A stretch of DNA of 47,145 nt. Source: a virus. Below the pieces are notes generated by a model. The model worked only from the letters and a program-made list of their open reading frames with translations, was not told where the DNA came from and ran no database searches. The stretch lies in IMG/VR virus record IMGVR_UViG_3300050187_000010, positions 1 to 47,145 of that record, one strand, 5' to 3'. Position numbers and translations under genes: made by a program. Below, in pieces: positions 6,577 to 16,295 of this stretch. Each line of letters opens with the position of its first letter. The stretch's first letter is position 1.

Positions 6577-7472
6577 TGAATACGATCTCTCCTATAATAG
6601 CACCTGCTATTCCCACAGCTTCTTCAGAACCCTCTTTACTCCCCGGCGTCAATATCCTGCTCGAAGGCCCGACTGGCACAGGCAAAACTCACTCCCTCGG
6701 CACTATTGCTGACGCAGGCGTTGAACTGTTCTGCCTCTTTACCGAAAACGGTCGCGAGACTTTGATGGGCTACTGGACAGATCGCGGATTGCCGATCCCT
6801 GAAAATGTCCACTGGCATGATTTGCCGAGAGGCGAAAACAGTTTTGCGACTCTTGCTGACAGTGCACATACAGTTAACACCTATACCATGGATGCACTGT
6901 TCAAAATGCAAGACCCGAAGCGGCATTTCCATAACCAATTTGTGACTCTACTACGAGCGCTAGCAGATTTTCCAGACGACCGCACAGGGCAAAAATTCGG
7001 TGCTGTCGATAGCTGGGGGCCAAATCGTTGTATTGCGGTTGACTCTTTAACTGGCATTAACCCCATTGCCATGTCACTGGTTATTGGTAACAAGCCGCTT
7101 AAAGACCAGCGCGATTGGGGCGTTGCACAAGACCAGATTATCAAAATGCTCCGTAACCTATGTGATGGATCGAAATGTCACTTTGTTCTCACTGCTCACG
7201 TTGAACGTGAAGTTGATCAAGTGTTCGGTGGAGTAAAGGTCACCGTCTCAACTTTAGGCAAAGCTCTAGCTCCTGTGATCCCAACTATTTTCAGCGATGT
7301 GATTCTAAGCGTACGCGTCGGTACAGAATTCAGCTGGTCTACTGCCAACCCTATGTGTGACTTGAAAGCTCGTAATGTCCCCTTTGCCGAAGGCATTCGC
7401 CCGGGCTTTCAGCAAATCTTCGACAAATGGCAATCCAGAGGAGGTAGCTTCACACCAACCGTTAAAAAGTAA
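6576..7472 (+). CDS. P-loop ATPase (AAA_24 / Sak4-like recombination ATPase)
   Basis: Walker A LLEGPTGTGKTHS and Walker B-like CIAVDSLT. Its position next to the nuclease and an SSB-like gene fits. Confidence 0.7.
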   Translation: MNTISPIIAPAIPTASSEPSLLPGVNILLEGPTGTGKTHSLGTIADAGVELFCLFTENGRETLMGYWTDRGLPIPENVHWHDLPRGENSFATLADSAHTVNTYTMDALFKMQDPKRHFHNQFVTLLRALADFPDDRTGQKFGAVDSWGPNRCIAVDSLTGINPIAMSLVIGNKPLKDQRDWGVAQDQIIKMLRNLCDGSKCHFVLTAHVEREVDQVFGGVKVTVSTLGKALAPVIPTIFSDVILSVRVGTEFSWSTANPMCDLKARNVPFAEGIRPGFQQIFDKWQSRGGSFTPTVKK

Positions 7473-7527
7473 CCATGTTTGCAATCGATCCTTTTAGTCC
7501 GTTCAACAGTACTAGAGATCTCATCAC

Positions 7528-8007
7528 ATGTCTACAAACGCAAGTTCAATCTTCTCCCCCGATACCTTCCTCGACGCTACTACTACTCAGGAATCCACCA
7601 AGCGCCCTCCGCTTCCCGCCGGTCGCGAGTTCCAAGGCATCATCAAGGGAATCAAAATGCGCCCCTGGCAGGGTAAAAAGGATCCTACTCAAGGCGGGAT
7701 CGCCGCCGATCTTACCATCGAATTCGATCTGACTAGCTATCCCGACGTCCAGCAGCTGCTGGGGGGCCTGGATAAAGTCCAGATCGTCGATGGTATCATG
7801 CTAGACTTGACCGAAGGCGGGTCAATCGATTATTCTCCTGGCAAGAATGGCAAGCTTCGTCGTTATCGTGATGCGACTGGGCTGAACAGTGCCGGCCAGC
7901 CTTTTAGCATCCGTATGCTCGAAGGTCGAGTGATCCGAGCAAAGATCAAGCATGATCCTTATGAGGGGGAAATCTACGACAAAATCGAGTCTGTAGCAAA
8001 AGTTTAA
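7528..8007 (+). CDS. Hypothetical protein, possible DUF669-type ssDNA-binding protein
   Basis: It follows the AAA_24-like ATPase, as DUF669 genes often do. The N-terminal PLPAG...I pattern is weak evidence. Confidence 0.35.
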   Translation: MSTNASSIFSPDTFLDATTTQESTKRPPLPAGREFQGIIKGIKMRPWQGKKDPTQGGIAADLTIEFDLTSYPDVQQLLGGLDKVQIVDGIMLDLTEGGSIDYSPGKNGKLRRYRDATGLNSAGQPFSIRMLEGRVIRAKIKHDPYEGEIYDKIESVAKV

Positions 8008-8047
8008 TCAGTCTAGAGATAAACTTAAGCTCAAGCTCAACTTTCTT

Positions 8048-8078
8048 GGGACCGGTAATAAAACACCGGTCCCTTTTT
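8048..8078 (+). terminator. Rho-independent terminator
   Basis: GGGACCGGT-AATAAAAC-ACCGGTCCC followed by TTTTT. Confidence 0.75.
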
Positions 8079-8097
8079 AACTGTTAGGAGGACTGCA

Positions 8098-8451
8098 GTG
8101 AACGCAAAGGTTAAAGCCAATCCTATAGATCCTACTCGATTAGTCGAAGTCCGCACTTATACTGATCCAGCTGCTGGTACTATCCATCGTAATATTCCAG
8201 TTCTTGCAACCGGTGAACGTGATCCAATGCGGCAGGAGTTGTTTATGGGGTCCTGTGTTCTGCAAACTCCGCGCGGGCCGATGAATGTTAACTTTCCAAT
8301 AGAAGCGGTAACTTCATTAACCGAAGCCGTAGAAAAGTTTGCCCCCTCATTAATGGCTGCAGTGGAAGAAATGCAAAACCAAGCCTTGCGCAATAAGATC
8401 ATCACCGGCGGCAATAACAGCAACGTTAAACTACCTAATCACAATAACTAG
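8098..8451 (+). CDS. Hypothetical protein
   Basis: GTG start 7 nt after AGGAGG. Confidence 0.5.
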   Translation: MNAKVKANPIDPTRLVEVRTYTDPAAGTIHRNIPVLATGERDPMRQELFMGSCVLQTPRGPMNVNFPIEAVTSLTEAVEKFAPSLMAAVEEMQNQALRNKIITGGNNSNVKLPNHNN

Positions 8452-8471
8452 TTTTCTCTGGACTATACAAA

Positions 8472-9794
8472 ATGGCTCATATACTTTCGATCAAAGTCGA
8501 AGACATTCTCATCCCCAAGAATCGCCAGCGAAAAGAATTTATCCCAGAAGATCTAGTTGCTCTTGCGGGATCGATCTCACAAAACGGCTTAATGCATCCA
8601 GTCGTCATCCGCCGAGAAGACCACAATATCATGCTGGTTGCAGGCGAACGCCGTATCAGAGCGCTGCATTATTTGTGGAACTTCGGCGAACAGGTCAGTT
8701 GCGGTACCGCTCGTTTTAACGAAGGAACAGTCCCCTGTATCGATTTTGGCGAACTCGACCCCCTGACAGCGAAGGAAATGGAGCTTGAAGAAAACATCCG
8801 TCGAGTTGATCTAACCTGGCAGGAAAAGGCAGCGGCGACAAAAGAACTAATTGATCTCCGCCGCGAACAGGCAAAAGCCAACGGCACCGAACCCCCAACT
8901 GTCGATACTATAGCTAAAGAGGTCCGAGGAGAATCCACTAATGCCAGAGATAAAACCCGCAAGGAACTTTTGGTCTCAAATTATCTGGAAGATCCAGAAG
9001 TAAAAAAAGCTTCAACAGTTGATGATGCTTTTAAATTACTAAAACGCCGTGAAGCCTTAGCTAAGAACGCAGAACTTGCTGCAAAGGTCGGCGCGACTTT
9101 TAATTCTTCGGTTCACACACTTATTCAGGGGGACGTCTTTGAACAGTTGCCAGAGCTTGCCTCGGGAACTTTCGACGTTATACTCACTGACCCTCCCTAT
9201 GGGATTGATGCAGATAAATTCAGTGATTCAGGCGGCCTTGCGGGTGCAGGAAACACTGGCAGCCATTTCTATAACGATTCCTGGACCTACTGGAATAAAC
9301 TAGCAAAATTCCTCGCCGCCGAATCGTTTAGGATCTGCAAACCCCAAGCCCATGTCTATGTATTTTGCGACGTGGACAATTTCGTCCTGCTTAAAAGTTT
9401 CTTCATTGAAACAGGCTGGCGTGTATTCCGCACTCCTATAATCTGGGTTAATCCAACAGCAAATCGAGCGCCTTGGCCAGAACACGGCCCGCGGCGTCAA
9501 TATCAAATCTGCATGTTTGCTGTTAAAGGAGATCGCCCTGTTACAAAGGTAGTTTCAGATGTCCTTACCTATTCGTCGGACGAAAATCTCAACCATCAAG
9601 CGCAAAAACCAGTGGCTCTTTTTCAAGACTTACTTGTGCGCTCAGTCAGCCCTGGAGACTCAGTACTCGACTGCTTTGGTGGGACGGGCACGATATTGCC
9701 AGCTGCGCATGCTCTTAAATGTCGAGCAACGTATATCGAACGTGACGCTGCAGCTTATGGAACAGCGATTAAAAGATTAGGGGAATTGGAATAA
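8472..9794 (+). CDS. ParB-like nuclease domain fused to beta-class N6A/N4C DNA methyltransferase
   Basis: N-terminal ParB box (LVAGERRIRAL). DPPY motif IV (ILTDPPYGI) precedes motif I (VLDCFGGTGT), which is the beta-class order. Confidence 0.85.
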   Translation: MAHILSIKVEDILIPKNRQRKEFIPEDLVALAGSISQNGLMHPVVIRREDHNIMLVAGERRIRALHYLWNFGEQVSCGTARFNEGTVPCIDFGELDPLTAKEMELEENIRRVDLTWQEKAAATKELIDLRREQAKANGTEPPTVDTIAKEVRGESTNARDKTRKELLVSNYLEDPEVKKASTVDDAFKLLKRREALAKNAELAAKVGATFNSSVHTLIQGDVFEQLPELASGTFDVILTDPPYGIDADKFSDSGGLAGAGNTGSHFYNDSWTYWNKLAKFLAAESFRICKPQAHVYVFCDVDNFVLLKSFFIETGWRVFRTPIIWVNPTANRAPWPEHGPRRQYQICMFAVKGDRPVTKVVSDVLTYSSDENLNHQAQKPVALFQDLLVRSVSPGDSVLDCFGGTGTILPAAHALKCRATYIERDAAAYGTAIKRLGELE

Positions 9795-9795
9795 T

Positions 9796-12351
9796 ATGCC
9801 TATTCGCGTCCCCCCAAAAGGGCCTATTCCCGCCCGCATCATGCTGGTCGGCGAAGCCCCCGGTGAAGACGAAGAGCGCTATCACGAACCTTTTGTTGGT
9901 CTTAGCGGAGCTGAATTAAACAAAATGCTGGGCGAAGCCGGGATCTCCCGTTCAGAATGTTTCGTCACTAATGTCTCAAAGTATCGTCCTGGCTTCGACA
10001 ATGATATCAAGAGATTCTTTGCCGGCGCAAAGAAAAACATTGTCGCTGGAGTGCACTTCCCTTTACGCGGCAAAATGGTTACTAAGGAATTAATCGATGG
10101 AGTCGCCGAACTCAAAGCTGAAATCCTCAGTGTCCAACCCAACATCATCATTGCCGTCGGCAACACCTCTCTCTGGGCGCTTATCGGGATCTGCAAACAC
10201 CCAAATGATCTCGAAGCTCCTACAGGCATCACCGACTGGCGAGGCTCAATGCTCGTCGAGGATTTGTCAGGGCGAAACACTCAACTTATCCCGACATATC
10301 ATCCGGCAGCAATCCTGCGGCAATGGAGTTGGCGAGCTGCTGCAGTCCAAGATCTCAGAAGGGCTGCTCGCTTTCGCGATGGAACGAGATTTCCTAAGCC
10401 AGAATGGCGATTTATTATTCGGCCCAGCTTCGACACTGTGGTACAAGTACTGGTGGGACTTCGAAAACGCCTCAATCAAGGTGAACGTTTACGTCTCAGC
10501 TACGATATTGAAACTCGACGAGGGCATACTGCCTGCGCAGGATTAGCCTGGTCCTTGCTGGATGCGATCTGTATACCTTTAATGTGCGCCGAGAATCGCG
10601 CTGGTTATTGGAGTGAAGAGGAAGAAACCCATATAATTAAACTACTCAGCGAAGTCCTCAACCATGTTAATGCTGAAGTCATCGGCCAAAACATTATCTA
10701 CGATTCACAGTATAACTATCGTCATTGGCATTCAGTTCCTCATGTTAAACAGGACACGATGATCAGCTGGCACTCAATGTTTAGCGATCAGCCAAAGGCT
10801 TTAGCTTTTCAGGCTTCAATGGTTTGCAATTACTATCGTTACTGGAAAGACGAAGGCAAAGACTGGGCCAAAAATATGCGGGAGGAGGAGCTTTGGTACT
10901 ATAACTGCGAAGACTGCGTTTATACCCTGGAAATTGCTAACGTGCACCTGCAGACTATTGAAGCCCTAAAGAACAGCAACCGGGCTCCTTGGCCAGCGCT
11001 TCCAGCAGTGCATGATTTTCAGCAGAAAATGTTTTGGCCTGTGCTTAAAGCTATGCAACGAGGGGTGCTGATCGATCAACAGAGACGTAAGGATTTAATT
11101 GCTGAAGTCGAAGAACAGCTACATCACCGCGAACAATTTTTGTTAGATATTCTAGGCCACGAGCTAAATCCCCGTTCACCTAAAAAGATGATGGCTTTTT
11201 TCTACAATGATTTAAAACTGCCGATTCAATACACCAGAGCTAAGAAAGGAGCCCCAGCGAAACCGACTTTAAACGACGATGCCTTGATGAAGTTAGCTAG
11301 AATTGAGCCAATCGCTAAGCCTCTGATCAACGCCATTGCAGACATTCGTACGCTAGGGCAGTTTCTATCAAACTTTCTACGCAAGCCCTTAGACGTTGAT
11401 GGCCGTATGCGTTGTTCGTATAACATTGGAGGAAGTGAAAGTGGAAAATCTGCACCTAAAACTTACAGACTCAGTTCATCAGAGAACGCTTTTGGTTCTG
11501 GAACAAACTTACAGAACATCCCTTCAGAGAAGTCTAAGTCCCTTGGAAAAGCAGCTGCTAGAGGAAGTATTTCTGCTATCGGGGACCCATACCAGTTTCC
11601 GAATATCAGATCTATGTTCATCCCAGATTCAGGCTTTACTTGGTTCGATGGAGATCTTGATCGAGCTGACCTGCAGGTCTTCGTCTGGGAAATAGACGAC
11701 CCGGTTTACAAAGAGCTGTTAAAACGCGGCGTAGACGCGCATTTGTTTCACGTCTATTTACTAGACGGCCAGGAACCTCCACCGCTCGACGAACTGGTTG
11801 AGACTCACCCGAAGTACCTTGACCACCGTATCCCGCGTAAACATAAACGCGAGTTTTCAAAAGTTTTCTGCCACGCTGTTGACTACGTAGGCAGTTCTAG
11901 AACCATTGCTAGTCATGTCGGCCGGACTATCCATGAAGTAGATAAAGCTAGAAAACTTTATCTCGGCGCTCACCCAAAGATCGAGCCTTACTGGAAAAGT
12001 ATCGAGAGCCAGATCAAGAAATTTCGCTTCGTTGAAAACCGCTTCGGTTATCGTTGGTACATCTTTGATCGTCTAGATACTGTTTTGCCTGAAGCTGTAG
12101 CCTGGATTCCTCAGTCTACTGTTTCTATTGTCATCAATAAAATTTGGATGAATCTTTATGAACAGATGCCTGAGGTCGAGGTACTATTACAGGTCCATGA
12201 TTCGCTGGCGGGGCAATTTCCAACTATTCAAAAGGAGATAGCTTTGGCTGGTATTAAGAATTGCGGGAGAGTTAAAATTCCTTATGCAGATCCGCTTGAA
12301 ATCCCGTTTGGGGTTAAGACTAGTGAAGTCTCCTGGGGAGAGGTGAAGTGA
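9796..12351 (+). CDS. Family A DNA polymerase with N-terminal family-4-UDG-like domain and 3'-5' exonuclease
   Basis: UDG4 motifs GEAPGEDE and YHPAAIL. Exo I LSYDIET. Pol motif A DLDRADLQV, motif B RKHKREFSKVFCHAVDYVG and motif C QVHDSL. Confidence 0.9.
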   Translation: MPIRVPPKGPIPARIMLVGEAPGEDEERYHEPFVGLSGAELNKMLGEAGISRSECFVTNVSKYRPGFDNDIKRFFAGAKKNIVAGVHFPLRGKMVTKELIDGVAELKAEILSVQPNIIIAVGNTSLWALIGICKHPNDLEAPTGITDWRGSMLVEDLSGRNTQLIPTYHPAAILRQWSWRAAAVQDLRRAARFRDGTRFPKPEWRFIIRPSFDTVVQVLVGLRKRLNQGERLRLSYDIETRRGHTACAGLAWSLLDAICIPLMCAENRAGYWSEEEETHIIKLLSEVLNHVNAEVIGQNIIYDSQYNYRHWHSVPHVKQDTMISWHSMFSDQPKALAFQASMVCNYYRYWKDEGKDWAKNMREEELWYYNCEDCVYTLEIANVHLQTIEALKNSNRAPWPALPAVHDFQQKMFWPVLKAMQRGVLIDQQRRKDLIAEVEEQLHHREQFLLDILGHELNPRSPKKMMAFFYNDLKLPIQYTRAKKGAPAKPTLNDDALMKLARIEPIAKPLINAIADIRTLGQFLSNFLRKPLDVDGRMRCSYNIGGSESGKSAPKTYRLSSSENAFGSGTNLQNIPSEKSKSLGKAAARGSISAIGDPYQFPNIRSMFIPDSGFTWFDGDLDRADLQVFVWEIDDPVYKELLKRGVDAHLFHVYLLDGQEPPPLDELVETHPKYLDHRIPRKHKREFSKVFCHAVDYVGSSRTIASHVGRTIHEVDKARKLYLGAHPKIEPYWKSIESQIKKFRFVENRFGYRWYIFDRLDTVLPEAVAWIPQSTVSIVINKIWMNLYEQMPEVEVLLQVHDSLAGQFPTIQKEIALAGIKNCGRVKIPYADPLEIPFGVKTSEVSWGEVK

Positions 12352-12356
12352 GATGA

Positions 12357-12401
12357 TCATTGAATAACTCGCGCAAATAATCCCCCGGAATATCCACGCA
12401 C
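12357..12401 (+). promoter_or_regulatory. Degenerate or variant copy F of the composite promoter motif
   Basis: TCATTGAATAACTCGCGCAAATAATCCCCCGGAATATCCACGCAC aligns to copies A and C. It has 5 extra nt between the -35-like and -10-like hexamers, so function is doubtful. Confidence 0.25.
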
Positions 12402-12421
12402 AAAACGGATCTATTAAACTT

Positions 12422-13615
12422 GTGACCAATAGAAACTTCGACGACTGGCTAACAGCCTATGTCAAATACGCTTCCTTCAGCGAAGCCCCAGCTATCATGC
12501 ATTTTTGGTCAGGGGTCTCCGCCGTCGCCGGGGCGCTCCGCCGTAAATGCTGGCTTGACATGGGGTACTTTAAGTGGACCCCTTGCTTTTACATCATCAT
12601 AGTAGCACCCCCAGGCGTTGTGTCAAAGTCCACTACCGCTGCAATAGCTATGGACCTGTTACGCCAGGTACCAGGGATAAAATTCGGCCCACAGATGGTG
12701 ACTTGGCCGGCATTAGTCAAGTCTTTTGCTGAGTCCAAAGAGGAATTCGAATTCGAAGATCTCTGGCACCCAATGTGCGCGATGACGATTGAATCCAGTG
12801 AACTCGGCAACTTAATCAATCCTGCAGATCGCGAAATGATCGACCTGCTAGTCACTCTTTGGGATTCCAAAACCGGTGCGCTGGAGAAGAAAACTAAAGG
12901 TTCAGGCAATGATGAGATTGTCAATCCTTGGATTAACCTAATAGCCTGTACAACTCCAGCATGGATTGAGGGTAACTTCCCAGAATACGTAATTGGTGGG
13001 GGATTTACTTCTCGTTGTATATTTGTTTATGCTGAGAAGAAGGAGAAGTTAATAGCTTATCCAGCACAGAACATGCCGAAGGAATTAACAACTCTACGAA
13101 CACTATTGCTGCAAGATCTTGAACATATAGCAAATACGGTTGCTGGTCCTTTTACCATTGACGAAACAGCATTAAAATGGGGAACTGACTGGTACAAGCT
13201 ACATAATCTTAACAAACCAGAAGGCCTCAGCGATGATCGTTTCAGCGGATATCTAGCACGTAAGCAAACCCATTTACATAAACTAGCAATGGTGCTTAGT
13301 GCTTCGCGCGGTGACGAACGAATTATCAACTTAGACGACTTGGTCACCGCCGATAAAATGCTTGGTGAAATAGAAAAAGAAATGCCGAAAGTCTTCGCCA
13401 GAATAGGCAGAACAGAACAGTCAATTCAAGCTGAACGTTTTATCAAGCACGTGCAACAACAGGAGCAGCTGTCCTATTCAGCTGCTTATCAATTCATCCA
13501 CGTGCACTTTCCGATGTTCAGGGATTTCGAAGCGATGCTTTCAGGAGCGATTAGGTCAGGACAGCTTGAACTAGTAAATGGGGAAGGGGGATATATAATT
13601 AGAGCGGTATTGTAG
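12422..13615 (+). CDS. DUF3987-like P-loop NTPase (putative replicative helicase / primase-associated)
   Basis: GTG start. Deviant Walker A APPGVVSKST follows the HFWSGVSAVAGALRRK pattern typical of DUF3987, as I recall it. Walker B-like INLIACTT. Confidence 0.5.
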   Translation: MTNRNFDDWLTAYVKYASFSEAPAIMHFWSGVSAVAGALRRKCWLDMGYFKWTPCFYIIIVAPPGVVSKSTTAAIAMDLLRQVPGIKFGPQMVTWPALVKSFAESKEEFEFEDLWHPMCAMTIESSELGNLINPADREMIDLLVTLWDSKTGALEKKTKGSGNDEIVNPWINLIACTTPAWIEGNFPEYVIGGGFTSRCIFVYAEKKEKLIAYPAQNMPKELTTLRTLLLQDLEHIANTVAGPFTIDETALKWGTDWYKLHNLNKPEGLSDDRFSGYLARKQTHLHKLAMVLSASRGDERIINLDDLVTADKMLGEIEKEMPKVFARIGRTEQSIQAERFIKHVQQQEQLSYSAAYQFIHVHFPMFRDFEAMLSGAIRSGQLELVNGEGGYIIRAVL

Positions 13616-13665
13616 AGGTCGAAGTCACCGGGGAGCGGTGGGTCCATTTTAGCTATGCGCACCTA

Positions 13666-15963
13666 TCAGGGATTGCTAGGCCCTGATGTCCATGTAGCCA
13701 ACGTACCGATGTAATCCCATGTCACGGTTCCATCTACGATCCCGGATCCAGTGCCCGTTGGGCCACCTGATCCAGCCGATGTACCGGCGACCGTGCAGAC
13801 ATAGATTTTACCCGTGTCGTTTTCAACCATGCGGTTCAGTTCATACGCCGTTGAAACAGCCCATGCGGTAGCGTTATATCCGCTCGCTGTACATTGCCAG
13901 TACGAAACTGTTGCCGATGCGGCCAACGAGTTGTGAGCGATAGTCCCGCGTTGCGTCCACCCTCCACCACGCACAGTTGCTGGACTGGCATCGACGAAAA
14001 AATAATCAGAACTTTGTGGGCCACCGTAGACGTTAAGCGCAAGCGCCACAGAATTGCAGTAGTACCCAATGATTTCAAACGCGCGCAAGTACAAGGGGTT
14101 TGTGCCGCCAGAAAACAGGATTTTTACCTTCTGTACGGACGACCCAACGCTGAACTGAACTGATGTGCGGGTGTCAGTTGGTGTGGAATACGAGTACCCG
14201 TAGGTTGCTGCGGCGGAAAGACTGGAATTCACAACGAACGGATGCCCAGGATCACCGTTGTCCAATATGTTGTCGGCGCTATCATAAGCAACAAAGGCAA
14301 TGCGACCTAAATTTGTGCTCTTTGCGTCTATCTTGACTTCTAGCTGCTTGAAGTAACTGGTATCGACATAGACGCCGATTGCCGCGCCGCTACCAATGCG
14401 CAAATAGTCTTTATATATTCGTCCAGCTACTTCATTCGTTTCAGTCGATGAGCCACTCAACTGGCCAAACATACCCTTTACGGCAATGTCGCCGACATCA
14501 GACCCAAAGGCTTTTTCTAGCAGCCCGCCACTATGCCATGATGTGTAAGGCGCGCCTGAATTCTGGCGGAAAAAGACTTGATTCCCAAAGGCAAGTCCGC
14601 CATCAGATTCTTGCAGGTGCTGTGTGTAAAACGAGCTTTCAAGATAACCAAAAGATACGACGTTGTATCTCACTGCAAATGTTGTACTGTCAACCTTAAC
14701 AACCGGCCCGCGTCCACCTTCCGCTCGCGCATCAATGATTGAATTATTAGTCCCGGCCTCTTGAAACCAAACAGGAACTCTTTCCGTTCCTCCATCGCCG
14801 TCGCCAACCTGGAAACTGGGCTTAATGAAAACATTAGAATTCAGGCTGGCTGTTCCAATGTCAGACAAGCAATGCAACCCGTAAGCATCCTCGTCTGTCG
14901 GGTATGCGCTTGTCTGTTGCAGGTTTATGCCGTCGAAAAGGTTTTCATTGACAAATGCACCAGAAGTGGCCACCCGTAGCTGCAAGTGATACTTGGCGTC
15001 GAACGAGGTGCCGATTCTAAGCTTGTTGTACGCGATACCAGTCGTACTGTTCCCATATAACTGGCAGTTGACGGTGAACCCGTTTATGACCTTTAGGTCA
15101 AACCGCTGGCGATTGACGCGCACTAGCCGCAACCCGACAAACCCACTGTCCGACCAATCGTGACTTGTATCGTTGCGCAGGGATAGACCATCTATCCCTG
15201 CGACAACAGATGTCGTTGAAGTACCGAACGTGATGGCGACTTTGTTTGCTGTTCCTGTGTACCGAAGTTGCGAGCCTTCAGCAAATTTTAGTCCGACCAA
15301 AGCAGAGGTAAACGTCAAAGCATCATCGAAATACAAATCACCATCCGGGAAAAACAACGTGACTGTACGCCCCCACGAAGCAGTCCCAAGTGTGTTTAGG
15401 GCCGAAACATTAGCGGAAGCTGCCGCAGATGAATTGAGAACAACACCGGATCGACGTACATCGTAGTATTGAGAATTTGCGGGGTACGCATAGTCCACCG
15501 GCGTCACGCCCGCGTCGATCTCGGCAGTGGTACGACGATTAGCTAATGAAATGCCTCCAGCTATAATTCGCCAGGCAGAACCAGTCCATTCAACTATTAC
15601 CGGGGTAAACAACTCGCCGCCGGTACAAGCTGTTCCGTCTTGAGCTAAAATAGCAGCTGCACCGGTACCGTTAACGTTTAAGGTAGTCGCCTCTGTGTTA
15701 ACCGCAGTAGCGCTGAAACTTACCTTCGATCCAGTCGCGCGCACGTAGCCAGTGATAGGGCCAGTTAAGGTAACTACAGCAGCATTAGCTGCTCCACTAT
15801 CAACACCTTCAGCTACTAATTGAGGGTCTAGTTCCAGTGCTGTTCTAGCTGTAGGCTTAGTAACTGCATCGTTGAAGACAGTAAATTTCAACGCGTCAAC
15901 AACATTTAGCCAAGCTGCACTAATAGCAGGCAACCGCCGAGCGACAAAGTTTTGCAGTGGCAT
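13666..15963 (-). CDS. Tail fibre / tailspike with beta-helix core and C-terminal carbohydrate-binding-like module
   Basis: It is the last gene of the late operon. The middle is Ser/Thr/Gly/Asn-rich and repetitive. The C-terminus WQCTASGYNATAWAVSTAYELNRMVENDTGKIYVC...VTWDYIG resembles CBM5/12-type modules. Confidence 0.65.
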   Translation of the reverse strand: MPLQNFVARRLPAISAAWLNVVDALKFTVFNDAVTKPTARTALELDPQLVAEGVDSGAANAAVVTLTGPITGYVRATGSKVSFSATAVNTEATTLNVNGTGAAAILAQDGTACTGGELFTPVIVEWTGSAWRIIAGGISLANRRTTAEIDAGVTPVDYAYPANSQYYDVRRSGVVLNSSAAASANVSALNTLGTASWGRTVTLFFPDGDLYFDDALTFTSALVGLKFAEGSQLRYTGTANKVAITFGTSTTSVVAGIDGLSLRNDTSHDWSDSGFVGLRLVRVNRQRFDLKVINGFTVNCQLYGNSTTGIAYNKLRIGTSFDAKYHLQLRVATSGAFVNENLFDGINLQQTSAYPTDEDAYGLHCLSDIGTASLNSNVFIKPSFQVGDGDGGTERVPVWFQEAGTNNSIIDARAEGGRGPVVKVDSTTFAVRYNVVSFGYLESSFYTQHLQESDGGLAFGNQVFFRQNSGAPYTSWHSGGLLEKAFGSDVGDIAVKGMFGQLSGSSTETNEVAGRIYKDYLRIGSGAAIGVYVDTSYFKQLEVKIDAKSTNLGRIAFVAYDSADNILDNGDPGHPFVVNSSLSAAATYGYSYSTPTDTRTSVQFSVGSSVQKVKILFSGGTNPLYLRAFEIIGYYCNSVALALNVYGGPQSSDYFFVDASPATVRGGGWTQRGTIAHNSLAASATVSYWQCTASGYNATAWAVSTAYELNRMVENDTGKIYVCTVAGTSAGSGGPTGTGSGIVDGTVTWDYIGTLATWTSGPSNP

Positions 15964-15968
15964 CGTAT

Positions 15969-16295
15969 TTAATCCAAGGTCAAGTCAAAAGCTGGATTAT
16001 CAGGGATCGAGCAGTCTGGGAGCGCTAAATCCGGAACCGCTGAAACACCATTGAGATCGCAGATTTCAATATCAATATCAGTTTCAGGCTGATTGAATGG
16101 CACAGACTGCACATCTGGTACAGCACGAACGAAGTCTTGTGGCTGACGTGGCTCATTATGTTCCGGGCAACGCCAGAAGCCTTGCCAGTTACGAACCATC
16201 TGCGAAGCTTTTCGCTTGCGCCCGCACATCGAGCAAGCGACGTTCCAATCGCCTAGAATTAAATGATCAGCTCGACCTTTGCCAGGACCGCTCAT
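15969..16295 (-). CDS. Zn-ribbon protein conserved next to tail-fibre genes
   Basis: CSMCGRKRKASQM...WRCPEHNEPRQPQDFVR (CxxC...CP). ATGA-type overlap with the upstream giant gene. Confidence 0.5.
   Translation of the reverse strand: MSGPGKGRADHLILGDWNVACSMCGRKRKASQMVRNWQGFWRCPEHNEPRQPQDFVRAVPDVQSVPFNQPETDIDIEICDLNGVSAVPDLALPDCSIPDNPAFDLTLD

Noticed and set aside
13621-13650. Possible bidirectional terminator between the convergent arms (CACCG-gggag-CGGTG)
   Set aside because: The stem is only 5 bp and the T-run is poor, so it is too weak to call.
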